NCBI GenBank assembly: GCA_045403045.1
Contig: JAXIPG010000028.1
Span: forward strand, 8,086 to 72,085
Reading direction: 5' to 3'
Length of the DNA: 64,000 nucleotides
DNA from: Terrimicrobiaceae bacterium
GTDB taxonomy: Bacteria; Verrucomicrobiota; Verrucomicrobiia; Chthoniobacterales; Terrimicrobiaceae
How positions within the stretch are numbered: the stretch's first letter is position 1; each line of letters opens with the position of its first letter. The position numbers and the translations under genes were made by a program. This document shows, piece by piece, positions 37,838-46,209 of this stretch. The notes beneath the pieces were generated by a model. That model made no database searches, was not told the DNA's origin, and saw only the letters and a list, made by a program, of their open reading frames with translations.

Positions 37838-38135
37838 AAGTGTGTGGTTAAATGGTGCTCAAAGCGGCCTCTTGCTGCAACTGAAAAAATGCCTAAGGAA
37901 CGCCTGGAGCAAAAGAAACTCCAAACTGGCTGACCCGAATGGCGCTCGGAATGGTTATCCGCCGTCGAAACATATTCATCACTAACAAGCTACCGCCCTT
38001 GGTCATTCTCCGCGTTTGCGCTTCGAGACCATCTTCCTTTGCCAATTGTTGCGGAAAGCGCCGAATCAAGCGAACACGGGACCGTCCGACATGACTGCCA
38101 TGATTTTGTCTTGAAGATGCGCCGGGCGCGACTAG

Positions 38136-40307
38136 CTACGAAGATCCTTTCTTGGAACCTCGCGCCGCATCGGCTTCGGTATCTCCGTAGGCGTAGTTAT
38201 AAAAGTAATAAGCTGAGTCTCGCCCGAGGTGGACGCGATTAAGGATGAAGCCCGCAAGCTTTCCTTTGGCGTTCTCAATCAGCTTGCAAGCGCGGGAAAT
38301 TGCCTTCTTCGGGGTCTTGGCCGCGCGGATCACCAAGCACACGTAACTTACGAGAGGCGTAATGCGCAAGGTATCGCTCACCGCATTCACTGGGGCGGAG
38401 TCGATGATCACACGGTCAAATCTCTCCACCAAAGTCTGAAGAAGCGTGGCAAAAGCACCCGCGCCGAGCAACTCGCCGGGATTAGGCGTCTTGTTTCCCG
38501 CGCAGATGACAGTAAGGTTTTCCTGAGGTCCCGCCATCAGGATCTTCTCGATGTCCGCATTTCCTGCAAGATAATCGGCCAGTCCCAAATGCCTCCGGGC
38601 AACTTCGGGGTCAGAACAGATCCTATGAAGGGCTGGCAGACGCAAGTCGGCATCCATCAGCACGGTTTTTTGTCCTTCCAAAGCGAACGCCATGGCAGCG
38701 TTGAAGGCGCAAAATGTCTTGCCCTCTCCAGGAATCGCGCTTGTCACGAGAAAGACGCGGCGGTGCGCCTCATCGCTAAGCAAGGAGAGTGAAGTGCGCA
38801 TGCTGCGAAAGGCCTCCGCGACCTGGGATTGAGCCCCGTCAGCAAATGCGTTCGGGATCGTGTCGCCGCCCTTCCCTTCGACTTCGGAAACCACCGCCAG
38901 AACAGGCAGGCCAAGAAAGCTTTCAGCTTGATCGACGTAACGCAGACTGCTGTCGAGAAGATCCAGACCAAATATAGCGCCCGCACCCAGCGCGAGTCCA
39001 AGGAACAGGCCTATCCCCAGCATTTTCAGGAGGGGTGACCCCACCGGGGAAGCGGACATCGGTTCCTCAACGATCCGAAAGGGATTCTTCTCGATCCCCA
39101 GAGACACGGTGGTTTCTCTCAAACGGTTATTTACGGATTCGTACATGGCACGATCTGAATCCACCTCGTTCTTCAAGACACCGTAAGGAATGGCGATCTT
39201 GTTGAGTTCGAGGGCCGCCTTTTCTTGCTCCTTAAGAGCTTCCTTCAATTTGTTCTCAGTGTCTGTTGCAGCTTGATACTGCGTGGCGAGAATTTTTCCG
39301 GCATCCTTTAAGGTTTCTTTGAGAGACTCCTTCAACTGTTTGACCTGGGTGGCCGCCTGGATATTCTTCGGATGCTTCGCGAGGTAACGCTTCTGTACAG
39401 CCGCGAGATCGGCTTCCGCGGTGTTAATCTGGGAACGCAGCACCTGTACCTGAGAAATTGCGCTGACACTAGGGACTTGCAACATTCGGTCGACATCGTC
39501 GGGAGGTATCGAACGCAAGAGCTCCATATCGGACTCGAGTTTGATTCGCTCGCTGTCCGCCTGAGTGACCTGCGAGCTGAGCTCCTTCAGTTTTGCAACC
39601 GTAATGTTCTGGGTGTCTTCAAGCGAGACGGCGTTCTGTTCTTCCTTGTAGCTCTGAAGTTTCTGTTCTGATTCCTGTAGTTTTGCCTGAAGCTTGCTCG
39701 CCTCGTCGCGCAGGAAATCGTTTGCAGCGCGCGCGAGACTCATGCGCTGTTCGAGAGTCTGGAGAAGGAACTCTTTGACAACGGCGTCGGCGATACTCTT
39801 CGACCATTCCGGGTTGGTAGTTGTTGCTGTAATGTCTATGAATCTTGTCAACTTGCGGACACTGGCCGATACCAATCCCTTCATACGGTTGGCGATTTCG
39901 ACATCCGTGTAGGGCTGCCCGTCCGGGCGGGGAGGGAAGAAGGCCGGATCGTTCAAAAGGCCCGCAGCCTTTGCAACCCGCACGAGAAACGGATCGCTGG
40001 TGAGAGACGCAACGATCGTCGTGATGTAATCCGGCGCTTCCAGCTTGAGCGTTTGGAGATCGTCCGAACCCAGCACCTTCTGTTCCTGCGCTTCAACCTG
40101 CAAAACAGCGCGCGCAGCGTACATCTTCGGCTGCTGGAGCGCCAAGATCAGGGAGATCGCCACCGAAAGAATGACGATCGTGAGGAGAAGCCAAAGATAG
40201 CGCTTTAAGAGATGGAAGTAATAACCAATGTCCAGACCCGGAGCGGATTCTTTCTCCCCAAGGAGCTCGGAGAGCGGAAGCTGTTGATCGGAAGGATTTT
40301 CAGGCAT
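38136..40307 (-). CDS. Polysaccharide co-polymerase / BY-tyrosine kinase (Wzc/GumC-like, PCP-2a)
   Basis: N-terminal TM, long coiled-coil periplasmic region, second TM. Walker A 'PGEGKT', 'VLMDADLRLP', 'VIIDSAPV'. C-terminal Tyr cluster 'YYFYNYAYG'. Confidence 0.85.
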   Translation of the reverse strand: MPENPSDQQLPLSELLGEKESAPGLDIGYYFHLLKRYLWLLLTIVILSVAISLILALQQPKMYAARAVLQVEAQEQKVLGSDDLQTLKLEAPDYITTIVASLTSDPFLVRVAKAAGLLNDPAFFPPRPDGQPYTDVEIANRMKGLVSASVRKLTRFIDITATTTNPEWSKSIADAVVKEFLLQTLEQRMSLARAANDFLRDEASKLQAKLQESEQKLQSYKEEQNAVSLEDTQNITVAKLKELSSQVTQADSERIKLESDMELLRSIPPDDVDRMLQVPSVSAISQVQVLRSQINTAEADLAAVQKRYLAKHPKNIQAATQVKQLKESLKETLKDAGKILATQYQAATDTENKLKEALKEQEKAALELNKIAIPYGVLKNEVDSDRAMYESVNNRLRETTVSLGIEKNPFRIVEEPMSASPVGSPLLKMLGIGLFLGLALGAGAIFGLDLLDSSLRYVDQAESFLGLPVLAVVSEVEGKGGDTIPNAFADGAQSQVAEAFRSMRTSLSLLSDEAHRRVFLVTSAIPGEGKTFCAFNAAMAFALEGQKTVLMDADLRLPALHRICSDPEVARRHLGLADYLAGNADIEKILMAGPQENLTVICAGNKTPNPGELLGAGAFATLLQTLVERFDRVIIDSAPVNAVSDTLRITPLVSYVCLVIRAAKTPKKAISRACKLIENAKGKLAGFILNRVHLGRDSAYYFYNYAYGDTEADAARGSKKGSS

Positions 40308-40309
40308 GA

Positions 40310-41002
40310 TTAAAAAATGGATTCCCCCACAGTGATGACATCCCCTGGCTGAACACGAAATGTTGAGTCGGAACTCGACCTTGCCATCTTTTTAGCATCA
40401 ACGCGGATAACCGTTTCCTGTCCGCCTACGCGCCGCTTTACGGTGACTTTGCCCGGATTAGCGATCCGGGTGTAGCCGCCAGCCATGCCGATCGCGTCAA
40501 GAAGGCTGATGGACGCGCTTCCCTCAATCGCGTAGGACCCCGGCCTCACAACCTGTCCCAAGATCGTGAAGACCTTGCGTGCATACGTTCGAACCGTCAG
40601 GGTGATCTGCGGATTAGCGAGGTAGCCCCCCATATAACGTTGACGCAACAACTCAGTGGCATCGCCGATGGTCTTGCCTCCAATGGGAATCGACCCCACC
40701 AAAGGGAATATGGCGTTGCCATCCCCGGCCACGCGAATCACAGCGTCCAACTCGGGCTCCTGAAAAACCCGGAAGTCCAAAAGATCGTCGGCAGCCAAAC
40801 GGTAGTTCGAATCGCTCTGCGCCATCAAGACCCCAGACACAAAGAGGGCAACAATCGCGGCGAGCCTGCCAACAACGCCCCTCCCTCCTTCGTACAATGC
40901 ACTGATTCGAATCCGCCGCTCAAATTGGCATGAGCTCCTTGGCGCCTCGGTAGTCAAATCGCTGCCTTTTGCGTCCGTGAGAAAACAACTTCTAAACTTC
41001 AT
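40310..41002 (-). CDS. Short outer-membrane polysaccharide export (OPX, Wza-like) protein lacking an OM-spanning C-terminal domain
   Basis: Poly_export motif 'YRLAADDLLDFRVFQEPELDAVIRVAGDGNAIFPLVG' and SLBB-like 'SLLDAIGMAGGYT'. Only 230 aa. Confidence 0.8.
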   Translation of the reverse strand: MKFRSCFLTDAKGSDLTTEAPRSSCQFERRIRISALYEGGRGVVGRLAAIVALFVSGVLMAQSDSNYRLAADDLLDFRVFQEPELDAVIRVAGDGNAIFPLVGSIPIGGKTIGDATELLRQRYMGGYLANPQITLTVRTYARKVFTILGQVVRPGSYAIEGSASISLLDAIGMAGGYTRIANPGKVTVKRRVGGQETVIRVDAKKMARSSSDSTFRVQPGDVITVGESIF

Positions 41003-41018
41003 GTGCGGTAATCAAAAA

Positions 41019-42602
41019 TTAGAACTCCGCAGCAATCTCCATGCCAATTCGATTGTCATAAAAGCTGCTAATAGTTTGGCTGGAATTGGTCCTCCTATGC
41101 TCGTAAAAAACATTTGCCGAACACCATCTAACGAATGAATAGCTCAACCTCGAGCGCACGTATAGGTAGTTGTCCACGCGATTAGTCTGGGTGGTGGTTT
41201 CTCCGGGGATGGTGGTTTCTCCCGGGTTAGCGGAATATACGTCATTTTCATATCCGAAGCTGATTCCGGCAATAAATTTCTGCAAAAATCGCTGCGTCGC
41301 CGAAATATTGAAGCCGGTGGCGGTAATGTCCTGTCCCGTGATGGAGGTGGCAGGGGAAATATTCCTGTAGCCTACCACGCTGATTGTGGTTCCATCGAAC
41401 GGGCGATAGTCCAAGCCCAGGCTGAAGACGGGACTGATCGTGATGCGGTTGGTTCCTTGGTATTCCCGGACTTCGACGCCCCCGCTGAATTTAAGATTCA
41501 GCTTTCCGGTGGCAACATAAATTAGGCGCACACGCGCCTGCTGGTAGTATTGAAGCGGGCTTTCGGACTGGTCGGAAATGCCCCCAGCGGCTTCGAGACC
41601 TATACTGGTCTTCGGAAACATCTGGTAGTTCACGCCAGCTCTTGTTTGATACTCATTGTTGGTCGTTTTCCCGGACTCTGGAGTTGGCGTCGCGGACGTG
41701 CCCCCGGAGGGAGTGGAGGGATTGGAGGACGCGGAGTACTCTTGCCTGAATTGCAAATCAAAGCTGGTTTTCTCGCTATAGTCGTATTGGAACCGCAAGC
41801 TATTGGCGAACGTTTGCGTCGTAGTAATTGTGTTCACCTCCCGGTTAGCCTCTCTGGAAACTCCGAAACCGCTCCGGAATTGCCCGACGAGCTTCGTCCA
41901 CCGATACTGGGCGAGCAAGGAGCCCGCTTGGTTGAAGCTATTCTCCCTCGGGTTGTTGGTATAAAAGGTGGGGATGCCTATCCACTGCGCTGTCACATAG
42001 TTCTCAAAGCCGCCCCGAAAGTCGCCCAACTCGAAGGACAAGCCGAATGGAAACGTCCAAATGACATCCGCGACGCGATCCGTGTTTGTAACGAAAATGT
42101 TGTCGTCATAGACGACGCCCGCCGAAAAAAGCGGACTAATTCGCCAGAGTTTACGACTTGGTTCCGGGGGGATCACTGCTTGATCGGCGACCACAGTCTC
42201 CGCACGGGGCGCGATCGGCTCCGCACCGGGCGCAATCGGCTCCGCACCGGGCGCGATCGGCTCCGCACCGGGCGCAATCGGCTCCGCACCGGGCGCAATC
42301 GGCTCCGCACCGGGCGCAATCGGCTCCGCACCGGGCGCAATCGGCTCCTCAACGGGCGCAACCGGCTCCGGCTGCATCGTTGTTCCCACCCCCGTGTCCG
42401 GGCTCTCACCCGGCGCTTGCGGAGCCAAGGGCTGCGCTTCTGCGTTCGCATCGGCATCGGAAGTCGGTGTCGTAACGGAGGCAGGCTTCTGTTCATCAGC
42501 GATCGGCGGATTTTCGGCTTGATTAATATCGGACTGGGCGAAAGCCGCAATCACGACGACCCACGCACAAGCTGACCAAAGACTGAGTATGCGTCCCTTC
42601 AC
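41019..42602 (-). CDS. Outer-membrane beta-barrel protein with an N-terminal EPIAPGA heptad-repeat linker
   Basis: Signal peptide MKGRILSLWSACAWVVVIAAFAQS. Alternating beta-strand pattern and a C-terminal 'GMEIAAEF' ending in Phe. First gene of the EPS locus. Confidence 0.7.
   Translation of the reverse strand: MKGRILSLWSACAWVVVIAAFAQSDINQAENPPIADEQKPASVTTPTSDADANAEAQPLAPQAPGESPDTGVGTTMQPEPVAPVEEPIAPGAEPIAPGAEPIAPGAEPIAPGAEPIAPGAEPIAPGAEPIAPRAETVVADQAVIPPEPSRKLWRISPLFSAGVVYDDNIFVTNTDRVADVIWTFPFGLSFELGDFRGGFENYVTAQWIGIPTFYTNNPRENSFNQAGSLLAQYRWTKLVGQFRSGFGVSREANREVNTITTTQTFANSLRFQYDYSEKTSFDLQFRQEYSASSNPSTPSGGTSATPTPESGKTTNNEYQTRAGVNYQMFPKTSIGLEAAGGISDQSESPLQYYQQARVRLIYVATGKLNLKFSGGVEVREYQGTNRITISPVFSLGLDYRPFDGTTISVVGYRNISPATSITGQDITATGFNISATQRFLQKFIAGISFGYENDVYSANPGETTIPGETTTQTNRVDNYLYVRSRLSYSFVRWCSANVFYEHRRTNSSQTISSFYDNRIGMEIAAEF
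42198..42365 (-). repeat. 8 x 21-bp head-to-tail tandem repeat (6 near-perfect units) encoding (EPIAPGA)n
   Basis: The unit ctccgcaccgggcgcaatcgg repeats in register from 42198 to 42365. Internal units differ only at one synonymous position (gcaatc/gcgatc). Confidence 0.95.
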
Positions 42603-43048
42603 CGCCTGCCTCTCTCAGATCCTAGGTTGACAGGCGGGGAACAGTTCTTCCCGAGCAAGAAAAGCGCGATCGTTTTCCTCAACGGCATCCTACCATCTAG
42701 CTGGTTTCGCTTATTCGGCGCAACAGAAAAGCTCCCCTCCTCCCAAGAAATTGATGCTCGTAAGAAATTCATTGTAAAGATCTTTCCAAGAACGATATGG
42801 ATTCGGGATCCGCTCGCTTCGCCTGGCAATCCGAATCTGCTCACAGGAGCAGGAATCGAAAACGCATGCAAGGTCGATTTGGGTGCAGGTTCCACCTCCT
42901 CGGTCATCTTCCCCGGAAACCACGGGAATCGTGCTTAAGATTGGGCGCCCTCCGGGTGCATTCCGGGACAGAATTCTCCGCTCCGAGTCGCTCCAAACTC
43001 TGTTTTCCCGTTCATCGAGCAGGCCATGTATTAGAAATATTTATATAG

Positions 43049-43072
43049 TAAATATGCTTTTCTACATATTTA
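43049..43072. promoter_or_regulatory. Perfect 8-bp inverted repeat (operator candidate) in the AT-rich divergent intergenic region
   Basis: TAAATATG-N8-CATATTTA at 43049-43072, inside the AT-rich block ~43028-43100 between the EPS locus (minus) and ccsA (plus). Confidence 0.35.
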
Positions 43073-43213
43073 GATCTTCTTTATATTCAAATCCCTACAA
43101 CAAGGCAAGTGATAGGGTTTGACGTGTTCAAGGCGAGAAGTGTCTCCGCGAACTCACGATCTTCCCGCCTTCCGGCTTGCACAAGCCAGCACGAGCGGCA
43201 ACCTTAACCTCCG

Positions 43214-44833
43214 ATGATCCGCTATTTTCTCGCCCTTCTCATCGCGTTTCAAGCGGCTGGTGCCATTGATCTCTCGCCATTGGAGCAAATCACCGTGCAG
43301 GAAGGCGGGCGCAAGAAACCTTTCCTGGTCTTTGCCGAGGAATCGCTCCTGGGCCTGTCAGGAAAGACCGCACTGACAATCGAGGGTCGGAAAATGAGCG
43401 CAATGCAAGTCATCACGACGCTCTGGCTAAAGCCGCAGGGCTGGAACGACAAGCCGCTTCTCCTGGTCAATCATAAGCCTCTCAAGGAAGCTTGCGGCTT
43501 GGACACAACCCGGAAGCTATTCTCCTATCGGGAGCTGGCCTCCAACCGGGAACTGGTGAACCTCCTAAACGAAGCGCAAGCATTGCGGGCGCGCCCCGGC
43601 AATCAAAGGCTAACCGGGTTGCCCAAGGAAGCTGCCGAAGTCGGGTTGCGGATGGCGGAGTTTGAATCGCTCGTCAATGGGTCCGCCTTCCGCTTCGTGG
43701 CAAATCCGCGAGCGGCGGAAGCCCAATGGCTTTCGGTTCCCGGCGCCTCCGGCGCCCTCCACCCTCTGCGCGAGGCATTCGAAGGAAATGATACTGGCGT
43801 CTTCACCACAGAAGCCAAGGCCTTGCAAAAGGAATGGTCCGGAATCGAACCGCAATTTCAACCGCCCCCCTGGAAGATCGAGCTCGAGATGCTCTATCAG
43901 AAGGCGCATCCTTTCCGCTGGGCGTGGATGTGCTATGCGGCAGCGGGGATCATTCTCTTGCCCTCCAATCTGGGACGAGCCGGCTACATTGCGGCTTGGG
44001 GCCTGGCCGGCGCTGGCTTTCTCTTGCAGATCATAGGCTTCGCCGCACGAGTGACCATCGCCGGTCGCGCCCCGGTGACCAACATGTACGAATCCGTCGT
44101 TTGGGTGGCGTTCGGTACGATTTTTTTCGCATTGGTCTTTGAGGCGCTCTATCGAAGCAGGTATTTCCTGCTTGGGGCTGTTCCGGTGGCCGTGGCCTCG
44201 CTCATCCTCGCGGACACCCAAACGCTGGCGCTCAATCGCTCGATCAATCCGCTCGTTCCTGTTCTGCGTGATAATTTTTGGCTGACGACGCATGTGCTGA
44301 CAATCACACTGAGTTACGCCGCGTTAGCCCTTGCCCTCGGCATCGGCCATATCGCGCTCGGCAAGGTGATCAAAGGAAAACAACCGGATACCGAGCTCTA
44401 CAACTATCTGTACCGGACCTTGCAGGTTGGTGTTCTGCTTCTGGCGACCGGCACCATCCTCGGTGGCGTGTGGGCGAACTATTCGTGGGGAAGATTTTGG
44501 GACTGGGATCCCAAGGAGACATGGGCGCTCATCACGCTGCTCGGCTACTTGTTCGTCCTGCACGGCCAAATCGCCGGAAAGTGGGCGGGCTTCGGCATGG
44601 CCGTCGGTGCGGTGCTTGCCTTCCAAGGAGTGCTCATGGCTTGGTACGGTGTAAACTTCGTTCTTGGCGTCGGCCTGCACAGCTACGGTTTTGGAACAGG
44701 AGGCTTTGGCTTTGCGCTTTTGTTCGTCGCCGCGGAAATGGCCTTCGTTCTTGTTGCCGTAGTCCGGAACCAGAAATCCAGTCGGCCATCTTCCACCCCA
44801 TCGGCAGTCTCCAGACACCAACTCGTATCGTAG
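43214..44833 (+). CDS. ccsA: Cytochrome c biogenesis protein, CcsA/ResC family with a ~230-aa N-terminal periplasmic extension
   Basis: Tryptophan-rich heme-handling motif 'WANYSWGRFWDWDPKETWALITLLGY'. Multiple TMs. N-terminal signal peptide MIRYFLALLIAFQAAGA. Confidence 0.8.
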   Translation: MIRYFLALLIAFQAAGAIDLSPLEQITVQEGGRKKPFLVFAEESLLGLSGKTALTIEGRKMSAMQVITTLWLKPQGWNDKPLLLVNHKPLKEACGLDTTRKLFSYRELASNRELVNLLNEAQALRARPGNQRLTGLPKEAAEVGLRMAEFESLVNGSAFRFVANPRAAEAQWLSVPGASGALHPLREAFEGNDTGVFTTEAKALQKEWSGIEPQFQPPPWKIELEMLYQKAHPFRWAWMCYAAAGIILLPSNLGRAGYIAAWGLAGAGFLLQIIGFAARVTIAGRAPVTNMYESVVWVAFGTIFFALVFEALYRSRYFLLGAVPVAVASLILADTQTLALNRSINPLVPVLRDNFWLTTHVLTITLSYAALALALGIGHIALGKVIKGKQPDTELYNYLYRTLQVGVLLLATGTILGGVWANYSWGRFWDWDPKETWALITLLGYLFVLHGQIAGKWAGFGMAVGAVLAFQGVLMAWYGVNFVLGVGLHSYGFGTGGFGFALLFVAAEMAFVLVAVVRNQKSSRPSSTPSAVSRHQLVS

Positions 44834-45088
44834 CGACCGGGACGCCCTCGCGACAAACTCGATCCACTTCTCAGCCCGGAAGGGGCGCTTCCGCCGCTGG
44901 AAAGATGCCTTCCGTCACGCACTTTCCTCACATAGAGGCTTGTAGTTTCCCGCTGAATTATCTACGGGAGACGAGATAAGGACTTCCAATAATGCTTCAG
45001 AGTGGACACAGCTCGGCCAACAAGGGGGCATACCAGCCGCTGGGGCGATTGTTGTAAAGCCGGCTTGTCCGCGGTTCCACACCTACCC

Positions 45089-45991
45089 ATGAACATCGTT
45101 TTTTGTTGCGACAGGAACGCACTTGCCGGTCTTCATATCTCTATTTTCAGCTTGTTGGAGTCTCATCTTCGGAAAGACGCTGATACCCCGATCCATCTTT
45201 TCATCTTCCATGAGGGCCTGTCAGCCGCCGATTGCGAAGGCCTTCGCCAGACGGCTGCCATCAACCAAAACGCAACAGTTTCCCTTCGCCCCTTTTCTAC
45301 CGCCAAGGTCCGCCATCTTCGAGGGCTACACGGGAACTACATGGCTTATGCGCGGCTCTTTTTGAAAGATCTGCTTCCTACGGTTAACCGAGTACTGTAC
45401 TTGGATAGCGATGTGCTCGTTAACTGTTCCCTGACTCCCTTATGGAACACGGATTTAAGTCCCCACCTGCTGGGGGCAATATCCAGGGCCACCATCGAGT
45501 GGTCTCTGGATAAATATCTTTTGCCGGAGCTTGGACTTTCCCTCAATGATCCCCATTTCAACTCGGGGATCCTCCTCATCGACTTGGATCGCTGGCGGAA
45601 TGAGGACGTTACCGAGCGATGTTTGGCATTCTTAGAGACCTACAGGGATCGCGCTCTGTCGCATGACCAAACCGCGTTGAACTTTTTCTTCTCGACGAAG
45701 CACTGTCACCTGCCCATTCAGTACAATATCCCAATCTCTGCGAGCGAGCCGTCGATTGCCGACAATATGCCTGAGGGGATACTTCATTTCGTCGCGTCAC
45801 CCAAGCCGTGGGACTTCGGCGGGAAGGTTATCCACCGAAGCGGAGCATTTGTGCACGACCTTCTTAAGCAAACGGCGTTCTTTCGCTTCAGCCATCGTCA
45901 CATGAGCTTTTCCCCGAAACGAATTCTGCTTTTGTCTCGTTCTTATTACCGCGTTATCAAAGCGCGCCTTTCCAAACCATCCGGTGCGTAA
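45089..45991 (+). CDS. Glycosyltransferase family 8 (LPS glycosyltransferase-like)
   Basis: 'MNIVFCCDRNALAGLHISIFSLL', DxD 'YLDSDVLV', 'FNSGILLIDLDRWR', 'DQTALN'. Confidence 0.75.
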   Translation: MNIVFCCDRNALAGLHISIFSLLESHLRKDADTPIHLFIFHEGLSAADCEGLRQTAAINQNATVSLRPFSTAKVRHLRGLHGNYMAYARLFLKDLLPTVNRVLYLDSDVLVNCSLTPLWNTDLSPHLLGAISRATIEWSLDKYLLPELGLSLNDPHFNSGILLIDLDRWRNEDVTERCLAFLETYRDRALSHDQTALNFFFSTKHCHLPIQYNIPISASEPSIADNMPEGILHFVASPKPWDFGGKVIHRSGAFVHDLLKQTAFFRFSHRHMSFSPKRILLLSRSYYRVIKARLSKPSGA

Positions 45992-46209
45992 TAGACCGTC
46001 AATCGGCTCATTGCAGCCCGGCGGCTGCATCGGCACTGGGATGCACGTAGGGGATCGATTCGCGAACTCCTTTGAGATCAGTAAGTTTTGAGACGATGAA
46101 TATGTGGAGCGGGATACTTGCCGGTCCCCCTTGTCGTCGATCCTCAGCGGGTAACCGCGGCTATTCCCAATGACGGGCACGGAACCTTTCGTCAGCACTG
46201 CCCGGGGCG

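Noticed and set aside
42198-42365. The regular 21-bp repeat array considered as a possible CRISPR array
   Set aside because: The units are contiguous with no spacers. They lie in frame inside a coding sequence and no cas genes are nearby, so this is a coding tandem repeat.
42158-42550. ORFs 42158..42475 (+) and 42173..42550 (-) encoding RSAPH / RLRPVRS repeats
   Set aside because: These are alternative-frame readings of the same tandem repeat. Only the frame giving EPIAPGA is continuous with a signal peptide and a beta-barrel.
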